This document shows, one piece after another, positions 26,837 to 38,452 of a DNA stretch of 64,000 bases. The DNA is taken from NCBI RefSeq assembly GCF_001949145.1, contig NW_019091358.1:2242240-2306239 (forward strand). Reading direction: 5' to 3'. Positions within the stretch are counted from its first letter, which is position 1; the number at the start of each line of letters is the position of its first letter. The stretch is from Acanthaster planci. Taxonomy: Eukaryota. The translations under genes were made by a program, and so were the position numbers. The notes beneath the pieces are model-generated. The model was not told the DNA's origin and did not search any database. It was given only the letters and a program-made list of their open reading frames with translations.

Positions 26837-27428
26837 AAAAGTTGTAAAGACTCAGTGAATATCCTTGAGCCCGACTCGAGTCACCGTTTTTGACGACTCG
26901 ACTCGAGTCCAAATGGGTGAATGACTCAACTCGACTCAAGTCACTGCGAGCAAATGAGTCGACTCGGTTCGAGTCCGTCATCAGATGACCAGACTCGAGT
27001 AAAAGTTAAAAAGACTCGAGTCCAAAAAAGTGAAATTGACCCTCTTTGCGAAAAATTGTCCGCAAAGACTTGCGATGCCAGTTTGTGTTTAAATATATAT
27101 GTGTATAAATTAATGGCACGTGCCATTTTCATCAAGAGTAAAATGTGGTTTGACCACAATGTACAAACCCAGAGGTAAGTTTAATATGCCCCCCAAATTA
27201 CTTTCTCTCTTGTTTTTGTTTATCAAATTTTTGTTCAAATTTTTGTGACTCAACTTAACTCGAGCTTAATTACTTGACTCGACCCAACTCGACTTTTTGT
27301 ACCAAATGCCTCCACTCAACTTTTTTTCCGAACGACTCGAAACGTTACAATGACTTGACTCGAGTTGTTTTGTTACTATGACTTGACTCCACACGAGTCA
27401 CAAAAAGCAGTGACTCGAGACAACACTA
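26837..27428. mobile_element. Non-autonomous DNA transposon (MITE/hAT-like) rich in GACTCGAGTC palindromes
   Basis: Many GACTCGA(G/C) motifs clustered at both ends around an AT-rich core; right end GTGACTCGAGACAACACTA; left end is a degenerate inverse. Left boundary approximate. Confidence 0.65.
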
Positions 27429-29864
27429 GGCAAAATTGATATGACGAATAACGAACGCTTTGACACCCACTGGATCAGTTGATAAAAAACGCTGCGAGTC
27501 CCGACATTTAATGACTTTAAAATCTCAAGAAACGCTAACAAGATGAGTGCTTGCACCTCAATATTCCTTCTATATACTTATGGATCCCGATTCAAACAAA
27601 GTGGATACCAGTTTTTTTTCTAATGACGTCCACTACAGTGAACATTATGCGCTGTTAAACTAAAGTACGCACCGAATGTGCACATTCCTTCATTATCATA
27701 TTTCCCTGGAGAGTAAAGCGCGGCTTTTTTTGTTACTGAACCTGCCTTTTACCCCTAAAACGGTAACTTAATACAACTCCAATCCCAGCGACGCTTTGAC
27801 TTTTATCGTCCATCCCACCCGCTGAAATGGCGTGAAGTGAACAAGACCATTTGGTCGACCTCCTACAATGCCAAGAAGAAGGGTAGCAAAAAAAAAGCCC
27901 ATCGAACAAAAGGCCAATGAGGTTCCTCGGAAATAGACGAAGATGATATTTCGTGTCAATCGATCCCATTTAGTCTAACGCAGGATGCACTTTATCTAGA
28001 GAACACCCATGCCTGATAAATTTAGCCGATGATGGCAATTTTTCAGACCGCTTATTTGCCAAGCACTTTCGCTTTACTTGGGCAGTGTGGTGGTGCTTTA
28101 AACGAAAAAGATTCTAGGTCACTCAGATAAAAAAACACGACCATCCAGATGCAGGAGCTTCTACATTTATATATTCACTGCAAAATTAAGTAGCTACAAG
28201 GTGAAGTGACTCTGAATCCTTTTCAGAAACCGACTATTGGTTCAAAACCTGGGAATGCGATGTTTAAATAATACTTCGACGGAGGGTCAATTATACAGGG
28301 GCCACTCTAACGAAACACGGCGTCGCTTTCATTGCTGAAACAGCCAATTTAATTTGGTCAGATTATCGGAGAAATATCTAGGTCAACCATACACTGGCAA
28401 TTCACTTTTCTGCTCTCGAAAATTTTTCCAGGCAAGGAAGCCCTGTTTTACATCAGCTGACCGGGAAAAGTAGCTTAATTGTTCATGGGTCCTTAAGACT
28501 TTAAGAGGTTTTGACATGCTGTTTGATTTGAACATAATCGGCTCTGAGGTTGTAGGATCATTTTTGGTATAGCTGTATCCCTTCAAACATAAAACTAATC
28601 AATAGAAACAGTCAAACATTTTTTTACAAAGAAAGAACAAGCACTGAATAACTGTTAAAAAATCGATACAGTTTTGTTTGTTGAGGTTAAAATGTCTCAG
28701 TTCAAGTCAGTTAAGATGTACAATCCTTATATTTTCAACATTTTCTGTGCCATAAGTATTGTGCTTGATTTTCCTGCAGTTGGCTCACAGTTGAGCTCTG
28801 GCCATGAAATCATTTAAAAGATTTGAGTGTACACGTGGAGGGATGAAAATGTAGTCTCACCTCGACGACGGTGGAAAATACGAAACTTTAAAGCAGATGT
28901 CAGTATTTTTTATGCAGCATATTAGTTGTTGTTCATGTAAACACCAACAAAACCCATTTGAGCCTTGACAAGTTTGTTTAGATCTCTTTTATCGCTAAGT
29001 AACCAGGGAGGGAATCCCCCCCCCCGTCATTTTATGTTGCTGGGTCTGCTCATGTAACTCTTTGTTCACATTAAAGGGTCGTCCCTTCTTAAATAAGGCA
29101 AATTTAGACCATGAAAATCGCTTCTCATTGACGGCTGAAAACAAAAACTTCGAATCGCCTAATAACTATGCTTGCAAGGGGAAGTTTTCCATTTCATTCA
29201 AAACCTCTCAGTATGCTCCTTGCTTGTTTTCCTGTCTACATTGGAACTAGAACTCTGTAGAGAATGTCATATTCTAATCAGTGAATCAACGAGCCAGTCT
29301 GTATCGTCCGTGCAGTTGTTTGACAATAGCAAAATGGATTTGATTGTATATTCATGTATGAGCGTCTCACATTTCCCGTGTAAATTTTCATCGAGGAATA
29401 CAAAATAACATACGTTTTCCACACATTCCCGTTGCAATGCAACTTTAGCTTGAGTAAATATAAAATGCACACCGGTTGAATTTCTACTGTATGTAATTCA
29501 TCACCCGTTCTGCCTGGGGTGGTGTCATTCCGAAGTAAATAAGGACAACCTCGTAGCTAAATCGACCTTTGATTGTGTACAAAGAACTCTTATTACCCTC
29601 AAGATATTTATCACGTTTACAGTGGGTAGAGAGATTTTGTAGAGTTTCTATAGCGATATCCGAATCTTCTCTCGTCTTCTCTCATGAGGAGTTCGTACTT
29701 TTTTTCAATTATATTTTAACATGTATTTTTATCCAAACACATTTACTCTCCCGGTCAATGATCAAACCAACAGAAACCTCTTTAGAGGTTCTCTCTTTTT
29801 TCCTGAATAATTGAGAAGGGCGTAATGTAAGTTTATCATTACAAGGAAAAGGAAAGTCTCTTAC

Positions 29865-30000
29865 CAATCCAAACAGCAACGTTGATGATGATGGCCCTGG
29901 TTGTCGTTCGGGTATTTCGAGACCGAACGGCATGGACAATGAGAAGATACCGATCGATTGACATTGCTGTCAGGGTGCAACAAGTCGCTTGCACGGTCAC
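29865..30000 (-). CDS. Same GPCR, coding exon 2 (TM3-DRY-ICL2-TM4; 136 nt)
   Basis: Reverse complement reads ...ttgacag|GTG ACC GTG CAA GCG ACT TGT TGC...TGG ATT G|gtaaga = VTVQATCCTLTAMSIDRYLLIVHAVRSRNTRTTTRAIIINVAVWI-G. It starts in phase 0 and ends in phase 1, joining exons 1 and 3 in frame. It closely resembles vertebrate KISS1R 'VSVQATCATLTAMSVDR'. Confidence 0.95.
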
Positions 30001-30567
30001 CTGTCAATTAAGAAAAGGAAAGTTTCAAGTATAGCCTTCTGCGTTAGATTCTTTGAAGCATGACCGACAAAATAAGAGGACGCTATTCGATGTGAGTAAT
30101 TTTTGAGTAAACATAAAAAGGTTTAACTCAAACCAAATAGCACTCACCTATTGTCTCCGCCATACCTCGACTCAAATAGCTACTTTGAAACGCTACGAAA
30201 ATACTTACTTAAAGCCCGGCACAATTTTGCTGGAATACCCTAACAGTCCCATGACAACGCTGCATGGTTTGCAAAGCTTTATACCACCGGCTATTTTGCA
30301 ACTCGGGTACTTTTTATCCAATGCCAGCAAAAGGTTTTGCTGTTTGGCAAAAGCACAAATGACACGTTTCGTCTAAGGCAAAACGTCGAACCCAAATTCT
30401 CATGTCGATGTCTCTTAGGACAGTTTAAAGTGTGTAACGACGAATAATTTTTTCAGAATATACTTCATTTTTTTAATTGAGACGTTCCAGGGAAGGCCCA
30501 AGATGCAAATATATAATCGACGTAGAATGAATAATGTAATAAGAGTACACCTAATCTCCTTGTAATC

Positions 30568-30836
30568 CAGGGGCAGGTCCAGATATTCGAAAAGGGGGCG
30601 GGGTGATCCCGAATTTCAAAGGGGGGTGTGAACTAAAGCAGTAATTTTAAAATGCCCGTACGGCGTTGGGTGCGGAACCATTTTGGATTCTAGGCGCTCT
30701 GTGGTGCAATTTCCAGCAGTGTGACTCCTCGTTTTTTCTTCTCCCTCCCTCTTTTTCTCCTTTTTATTTATTTATTTTCTTTTTGAGTGAAAAAGGGGGG
30801 CGTGAGCCGCCATGCCACGCCCTGAACCTGCCCCTA
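30568..30836. mobile_element. MITE with AGGGGCAGGTCCAG terminal inverted repeats
   Basis: Left AGGGGCAGGTCCAG and right CTGAACCTGCCCCT are 13/14 complementary; flanked by direct repeat TAATC (30563-30567 and 30837-30841). Confidence 0.75.
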
Positions 30837-33800
30837 TAATCATGCCTGTGTGATTTTAAATACTGAATCTGACAAGGTGAAAGCAGCACTACCGATTCGC
30901 AATCAGCTGGTTAGACTTATCTCTTTTTTCCTTAGAAGGGTAACTCATTCGACAGACACGGTTACTCAGGTTAGGGGTGGCATTTGTCCATTTCTCGCAA
31001 CCCTTCTGATTTCACGTCTAAAGATCTCTCATAATAACATTGGCGTTTTGCTGCTGGTGCTCCCAATCTGACTACCCACCGTTGTTAACAAACGAGACAT
31101 TTACAGAGGAATTTCCCTGTTCGGAACAGAGCCGAAATTTATTAAGGTATTACCTAAATGTAACAGCTTCAGCATTATTTTATGGGATTGTGGGCACAAA
31201 AGCAGCCAAAACAAGATCGTCGAGCGGGCTGAAGCGCCAGCTGCGCAACGTCGTTGGTAGGTTAGTATTGTGGGTGTTCTTTGTTCAAATGCCAGAGGAA
31301 TTTTGTCTGCCTCTTTCGTGTTGGAAAAATAAATTTTGAATGTTCATTAAATTTACTGCGCATTTTTTTTTAAATCCTGAGGTCTATTTGATTCACAGAC
31401 GAAAGCTCACTTCGACGTGTTCCCAATCAGGAAGTGGCACGATATATTTCGCTCCCATTCCGAACAGGGTCATATCTCTGTCAACGTCTCGTTTGTCAAT
31501 AACAATGGTGCAGTTGGATCAGGTGGCTCATCATTGGACATTCAACTCAACAAAATGTCGGGAAATGAACATAGATGATTTACTCGTCCCCTCTTCTATT
31601 AATGTTTTGGTTGTTGTATTACAGCTTCCACATGACAAAACAGTGAAACCGTTGCTTCAGTAGACCGAATACTTCATAGTTGAAACGTGATCCAATAGAG
31701 AAAAATTCAATTACTTGTTTCCAATGGAACGTGTGGAGACTATATGTCTACATTTCTACTTCTTCTTGTCTCATTTTTGAGAATAACTGTATCTTTAATA
31801 GGCAACACGAAACCTAGTAATGTGCCTAAATGCGGTGTATCGAAATTGGACTCTTGGTTGTTATTGATTTTAGATTCAGTTCCGTAGTTGTCGAGTGCGG
31901 TCAATTCTTTCCTTCACTTATACAAAGATTATTTGCAATTTCAAAAAGTTTGACTATTGTATTATATCTCTAATCTCTTCAGTTATCGTGATTAGTCAAA
32001 TCAAATTTACTGAGATATTGGGGACAATCAATTTCGTTCACACAAGTTACTTCACGGTTTTCGTCATTCCCTGAATGTGCTGCTTTTCTACGTTTTTGTT
32101 CGCAATGAGCATGACTATGAAAAGGCTCTCTTGTTGAGAAAAAGGGGAATTTTGATGTCACTGCCAAAGGTGTACCGTTAGCAGCACTTTTTTCACAAAA
32201 CGCACGTTATGAAAAAGAGACATAGTGGCGTCCTCCTTTAAACTGAGTATTAGGGCGACATTGTATCTAATCTTCGTTTTGACGCTAAATCAGCAAAGCG
32301 ATTCTGGAAAATAAGAGTTTCAGCAAATGGCGTAGGTATCCGACGTAGTTTCCTTCACAAAACAAAAAAACCGCCGGTAAAAAGTTAGAAAAAGGTCAGG
32401 CCAACGTGTCTTTTCTAATTTACTGATGACGCACAGCGAGAGGGAGCCAATTATTATAGGTAGAAATTATTGCAACGAACTGAAAGCACCGAATGAAACT
32501 AGAAGGTGGGCTTCCTCTTGTGATTTTAGTGCACCCCCAGGCAAAACGCATATTTCAAGAGATGCAAAGGTGTGCGCGTGCTTCGCACAAGGTGCTACCA
32601 GCATTGTTCTGAGTAAAGCGCCCCGGAAAATCTACTTCGGCACGTATAGGGTTCTCGAGTGCCCGTAATTGCGAGAAATACTACTTTCGCAAACCTGTTT
32701 CCTCGGGGAGTGAGGTATCTTCTTTTTCAAGGATGCCCTCCAAAATCTTAAAATCGAATAATGTAGTCCATCGTTGGAAACTTTTTGGCACAGACTTTAT
32801 ATGCCAAGCCTCTGCAGGTTTTGTGTCAAAGCTTCTATTGTTAAAAAGAACCTGAATGAAGTCTGAATTGCAACATTAACACGACATCTGAAACTAGATT
32901 TTGTTCCTTTGCCACGAAAAGCCAAACAAAAAATAAAACTTCAAACGCACATTAAACCTTAAAATGCTTTCAAGTGTACGCTGGCAGTTTCAAAGAAACC
33001 AACAAGTTACCGGCTTTGATTTTCAAACTAAGCTTTTGTAGCAAAGAAGCATCTCCGTCCCTCCAAAAAAGGCAACCCCAGTACACAGCATTCACTCTGA
33101 TTATACCTAGTGGAATGCCAAAGTCTTTGATTCCTATAGTGAGGGCTTTACTACAAATTGAAATGGCTTTGCTCCAAGGTTTGGTAACATTAGCTCTGTT
33201 TCGCTTGGAGCCATGAAACGAATCGTCGCAACAGAATGGTTTCATCCACAGCTGTTATTATTGCATTCTGTTGAATGAAAAAAACAATGCCTCATTGTAA
33301 AGGAACTATGGGGTATGTATGAAGTTTAGTGATTGTCGTCATCATGTAGAAGTCACATCAAACGTCATACTTTCTTGGTATGTCTAAATTTTCAAGAAAA
33401 CGTGACCGTAACTTGAGTTGCCAAGTGTCCGTTCAGTTTCCCAGACATACTGGCTCGGGTTCGAACAATAATATTTTCCGAATCGACCCACATGTCGGTC
33501 TCAACAGCCCGTAATCTACAGCTCTGGTTCTCATTTTTCAGAATAAACAAATTACATACTGAGCGCAATGCCTTGAGGGGGCTCATGCCTCTCACTGACC
33601 CTGGAGAAGTCTGTGTGCGCGTGTAACCACCGAGCTATAAGGGCACAAGCCAAATCGGATGTTCGGTGGTTGTGAACTGATCCGGCTTGGTTCCTTCGAG
33701 ATTACTGTGGATCTCGGGTTGGTGACAACGAGAGATGGCATTGCTGTTCCAATTTTCTGCTCGATGTACGACGAGATTGCTGTCTGAAATTACATCTCTA

Positions 33801-35960
33801 ATTATCCCTCCGTTGATGTGACAGGGGAGCTATGATGTGACTGTCCCAAAGGGACCGCTTTTCCCCTGAACAGGAAGAAAATATGTACAACTGCGGACAT
33901 ATCGTGTACTCTTGCCTTCCTCCTAAACAATTGCAGCTTAGAAATAATGCCAAAGATTAGTGCCGGTACGTGATTTTTGTTAAATGTTCCAGTGACCTTT
34001 TATTTCCTTCAAAAGAAAGCATTTCGGTTAGAAAGGCCATCAATGCAGACGCTTTTGAAATTGCTTTGGAATGTTATTTAGTATTACGGTTGATAGGCTT
34101 GTAAGGAAGCGGCAGGTTTTCTCTCTTCCCGCTTCAGTTCCGCATTGAGTAGTTCATGGGAGAAAAAACGCTATAGAGCTGTAGGTTAGATTTAACTGCA
34201 TGGCTTTTCTGGTTTCTAGCTGATTGAGTTGCCGGCTGGTTTGTAGACTGGCACCTGGAAGGACTGCTTTAATAGTCAGCTGGCGTACTTTGTACAGTCG
34301 AGGAGTTACTATAAATAAAACGTATAGGCCTAGTGTCTGGAGCGTGTGCAGAGAGGTTTGTGTGAAAACTGACTAGCTACAGTCCGACTCCAAAGTATAG
34401 GCAGTTAACTGGAAAGGTTAATACAAAACAATCTTTAATTATCTTTGAAATCATTAAAGCAGAGTTAAAAATGCTGTTGGCTCTACCCGAACTATCAAGC
34501 TTGCGTCAAAATCTATCTCACGGCTGGCTGATTTTATAGTTTTTCCTCTTTCTTTCTCAAAATAATTGATAGCTAGTAAGCCTGTTGATAGCTCGCCCTA
34601 ATGCTATCTAGGCTATGATGTGCCAATTTCTCTCCGTTGCGTGCCACTAAAGAACCATTTGCAATAAAGATGGCCCTCGCGTTTGTCCCTTTTCAACTGT
34701 CTGCATTTTCTCGTATGCGACGCACGTGAATTTATTATGAATGCATGCATCCATTCTTGGACTCATACGCGGTTCTTTAGTCATTTGGGAGGGGGGTAGA
34801 TCATTTGCACTTGGCGTCACCTTCTAACTTTCGCTACTGTTCTCTCACTTTGCGAGCTACAAAAACCTAATGTATATTGTACACTATGACCCCGCAAATT
34901 GATCATGGACTGTTCATTTAAATAAAAAAAATAATACAGAATTGCGATTCCAATATTTTCAGCTGGGGGCAAGATGAAAGTTTACCCCCTACTCCCCCTC
35001 CCCCGGAAAACCGCGCCTGCTTGGCCTGACTTCAAAGTGCCAACGTTAATTTCGGGAGAAAAACAACCTTGCGTGTAAAATACGATCACGAATTGTCTTG
35101 CAGCAGACCACATTCGATTTGAGTACCGTGTTATGGCACCAAACTATTGTTCTAACACCCATCCTAGTTCTCATACCTGGTTGTGATTAACATTAACGGT
35201 AATATACCGCCTGGGGTAAAATAAATAATTTTGATACAAATTAAAATCTTGATACAAATCAAAATCTCCAATAAAACCCTACCTGTTTCTTTTTACCAAT
35301 GGGTGGTAAAATATTGAATGACTTAATTTTGCAGCTTAAAACTGTTGAACAATATGGGATTTTAACCTTGTAAGGAAATGTTAATTGATGTATATACAGT
35401 CATAAACGCGGGTTGAACATTTAATTATGGACTCTAGTAAAATTTAAATCATAAACACTTTTTATCATTGCAAATACTGTTTTCAACTGACCAGTAACTT
35501 GGCAATTTCCAAGTACCGTTACATGTTCAGAAAATGGCTCCACTTTTTGATGTCTCATGTTACGTCTCGCCTCGTTGTCTCTCTTCTCAGCCTCTTTATT
35601 GTGTTTTCCTTTCCCTTCTCATTTTATCGCTGGCCGGGATCTACTTTTTACCCGTTTTGCTTATCTTGTTTTTCATCTCCTCAAGACCCATTTTGAATAA
35701 AAAAAACAACTATTAAAAAAGACTAAAGGAAGAATGTCACGCATTACACCATCAGTCTCTAACCACAACGGCATATAATGAAATGAAATAAGTTGGGGGA
35801 TGTTAAAAAGAGGTGTCATGCGCATGCAACTTATTCAACCCTCTGTTAATTACAAAAGCCCCCCCCCCATTTTTTGTCTTCCCTCCGTGGCTTGTTCCTT
35901 GAAAAGAATAACATTTCATCCCCCGCATCAAAAAAAATCTAAAAATTAATTTTGGACACT

Positions 35961-36556
35961 AAGATTAGGAAAAATCTAACCAATTCCTCAACAGAGAGAT
36001 TGGGTCATGCACTCATCACATCTGACATTGATTACTGTAACAGCCTGTTGTCTGGTTTGCCAACTCAAACATTGCCCCGTTGCAACGCCTTCAAAACTCT
36101 GCTGCCAGAATGGTTACTTGGACTAAGAAACACGAACACATTTTATACGCCAGTCATTCGGTTTCTTCATTGACTTCCAGTTCACGAACGCTTCATCTTC
36201 AAAACACTTCTCGTTGTTTTCCAGATCATCCACAACCTTGCCCCATTATATCTCCAGAAGCTCGTATCCATCCGGTCCAGAACCATATTATCTACGTCCC
36301 ACCACCTCCGATCGCATTCTACAGCCATCTTCAGTTACTGCCTCGACTTAAAACCAAAACTGCTATGGCGACCGTGCCTTCTCTGTGCTAGCCCCGAGAC
36401 TCTGGAACTCTCTTCCCATGCACATCCCAGAAAATGATGCATTAGATAATACTTAAGAGCCTTCACTTTTCGCAAGCCTTTGATCATTAAATTGATTTTT
36501 ATACATGTATCAGAAACAACTGGGCGCTTTGAAACACTGTGGAAAGCGCATTGTAA
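35961..36556 (+). mobile_element. 5'-truncated, decayed L2/CR1-group LINE (C-terminus of ORF2 plus 3' tail)
   Basis: Across frameshifts: 'KIRKNLT..HALITSDIDYCNSLLSGLP', 'LQRLQNSAARMVT..KKHEHI', 'LH*LPVHERFIFKTLLVVF', 'YGDRAFSVLAPRLWNSLP'. These are typical L2 ORF2 3' motifs, followed by a GCGCTTTGAAAC...AAGCGCATTG tail. Confidence 0.88.
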
Positions 36557-38093
36557 GTTATAGTTAGACACAGTAGAGATTCTATTTCGTTCAGCGCCGT
36601 ATTCCACATTAATGTGGGGTTTTCCAATAGATTTTGTATGGTGTCAATTTATTCTGTAAGAACAACCCTGCTTTTTACGCCGTTTTTTTTTTTTTTTTAT
36701 TGATGCGTTGGATCTTCGAGTCATTGCCGTTACTGGTACATCATAGCTGCCGTTTGACGCATTTGCCGTGGCTTTTTATGACAACCCGAAATACCAGCAC
36801 TTTTTTTATCTCTCTCGTAGAATTATTAAGGACGTCATCTGATAAGGCATCAAGGGAACCTTCCGGCATTTTGCACTGGAAAGAAAAAAAAACCTTAACA
36901 TTGTCGAGACGATGCTGTAGCGTCGGGAATTGAAAAGAAAAAAAAACTCCCCGACTTCGCTAACAAAATATCAAACGGGTTGAGATGTGCGCATTTCTTG
37001 GCTAGACAGCCTCTATGCGTAGGGGTTTCTGCGGGAGATTGATACCGCTGCTCCCCCTGCAACTCCAAAATAGATTACTCGCCGTTGGTTATTTTTTCGC
37101 GTAGCAGTGGCCACAATATTATAGCCAGGCCCATTCGCAACTCACCCAACGCAGACCGATCAATTAAAACAATAGTGGTGTGCACATGGCTCGGCGTGGA
37201 TCCATTCCAAGGTGAGATTGCGCTAGTTGATCTACAGTTGGACGCGCGTCTGAGACCGGTACACCGTAATGATATAGAGGCAGGTTCTTTCTGCATGAAG
37301 TGTTAGTATGCAATTGCGATTTTTGAGGCCGGCTTCTACGTTACAGTTTAGTTGCCATGTTACCACGCTATTGATTAGTGAAAAAGGCTAGGTTGATTCA
37401 ACTGAACCTTAAGTCTGGCAAAAATGGAGCCCTACGTTTAGTACAGGGTGTTTTTCCGCCATTTGAGTACAATGTCAAAAATCACTAATGATTTGTGCAT
37501 TAAAAATAATGCCAGCTGTGCCTTCACAATGTTGCTGTTAAACATGCAGTCAGTGTTAACATAACCTACTTCTTCGCCGTGACGTTGTATGAAAGAGGGC
37601 TATAACTGCACTGTGCGGCAAGAGGTTTCAAGGGAATATAACTTTCCTGAAACATTCTTGATATGACTGATAAGTGACAGCAGAAAACCGTCAAGTTATT
37701 TAAATTGTGACAATTTAAATAAAGATTAAGCGCAAGTTTAATCTGCGCTATGGAATGCAGTCCCCGAAGTGTTAGGCTTTCCTCTGTACATTCTCAGTAG
37801 GTTTCGCAGGCAGGCCATTGGGTCAGGTTGGACACACACAAGTCTATGGTCCGTCACAGTTAGTCTTTATTTCCTAGCGACTTCCATACAAAATATGCGT
37901 CCGAACCTCTATGACAATTTACAGTCAACACATTTCCCCTTCCCCACTGAGGTTACAATTACATCATATCGGTGTGGATGACTACATTTCAGGGCAAGGA
38001 ACTACACAGGAATTGAACTTAAACCGTGAATCAAACCCAATTACAAACCGGTGAGGGCATTAAATTTCTAGGACAATTGAGTTGTCCTGGATA

Positions 38094-38452
38094 TGTTTTC
38101 AGATACAAACTGAAAAAAATAGAACAACTTTATGTTTACCAAAATTAATAAAGGCTATTCGACTTCGAGGGACAGTACACGCTTTGCAACTATCCAAAAT
38201 GTAACCAAGGAAGCTATTATTCTAACTTATTATTCTATTCTCAGCATATGATACGAAACATTCACAAGATAATGCTTCAAGTGATCAGTTTGCAGTCACG
38301 GTACACACAATACAGGTACAATGTATACAGGCGGTACATGTATGCTGGATCATTGAAGACCAGCTGATAGGAGGAATCATGAATAATTCGTGTATCTTGA
38401 CTTACCTACGAAAATATCGCCACCTGTTGGCTGGATACTGCTGAATCTTACA
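38094..38452 (-). mobile_element. Putative 3' LTR of the BEL/Pao element
   Basis: Begins TGTAAG directly after the PPT-like tract; plausible end ...ATAAAGTTGTTC...CTGAAAACA (TG...CA). No second LTR in the window to confirm the distal end. Confidence 0.5.

Larger units (their letters stand above)
12007..29864 (-). other. GPCR intron 2 (17,858 nt, GT-AG, phase 1)
   Basis: Donor GTAAGA at 29864; T-rich tract and ACAG acceptor ending at 12007. Confidence 0.9.

Noticed and set aside
34100..34381. Candidate solo LTR (TGTA...AATAAA...TACA)
   Set aside because: No matching target-site duplication and no second copy to compare.
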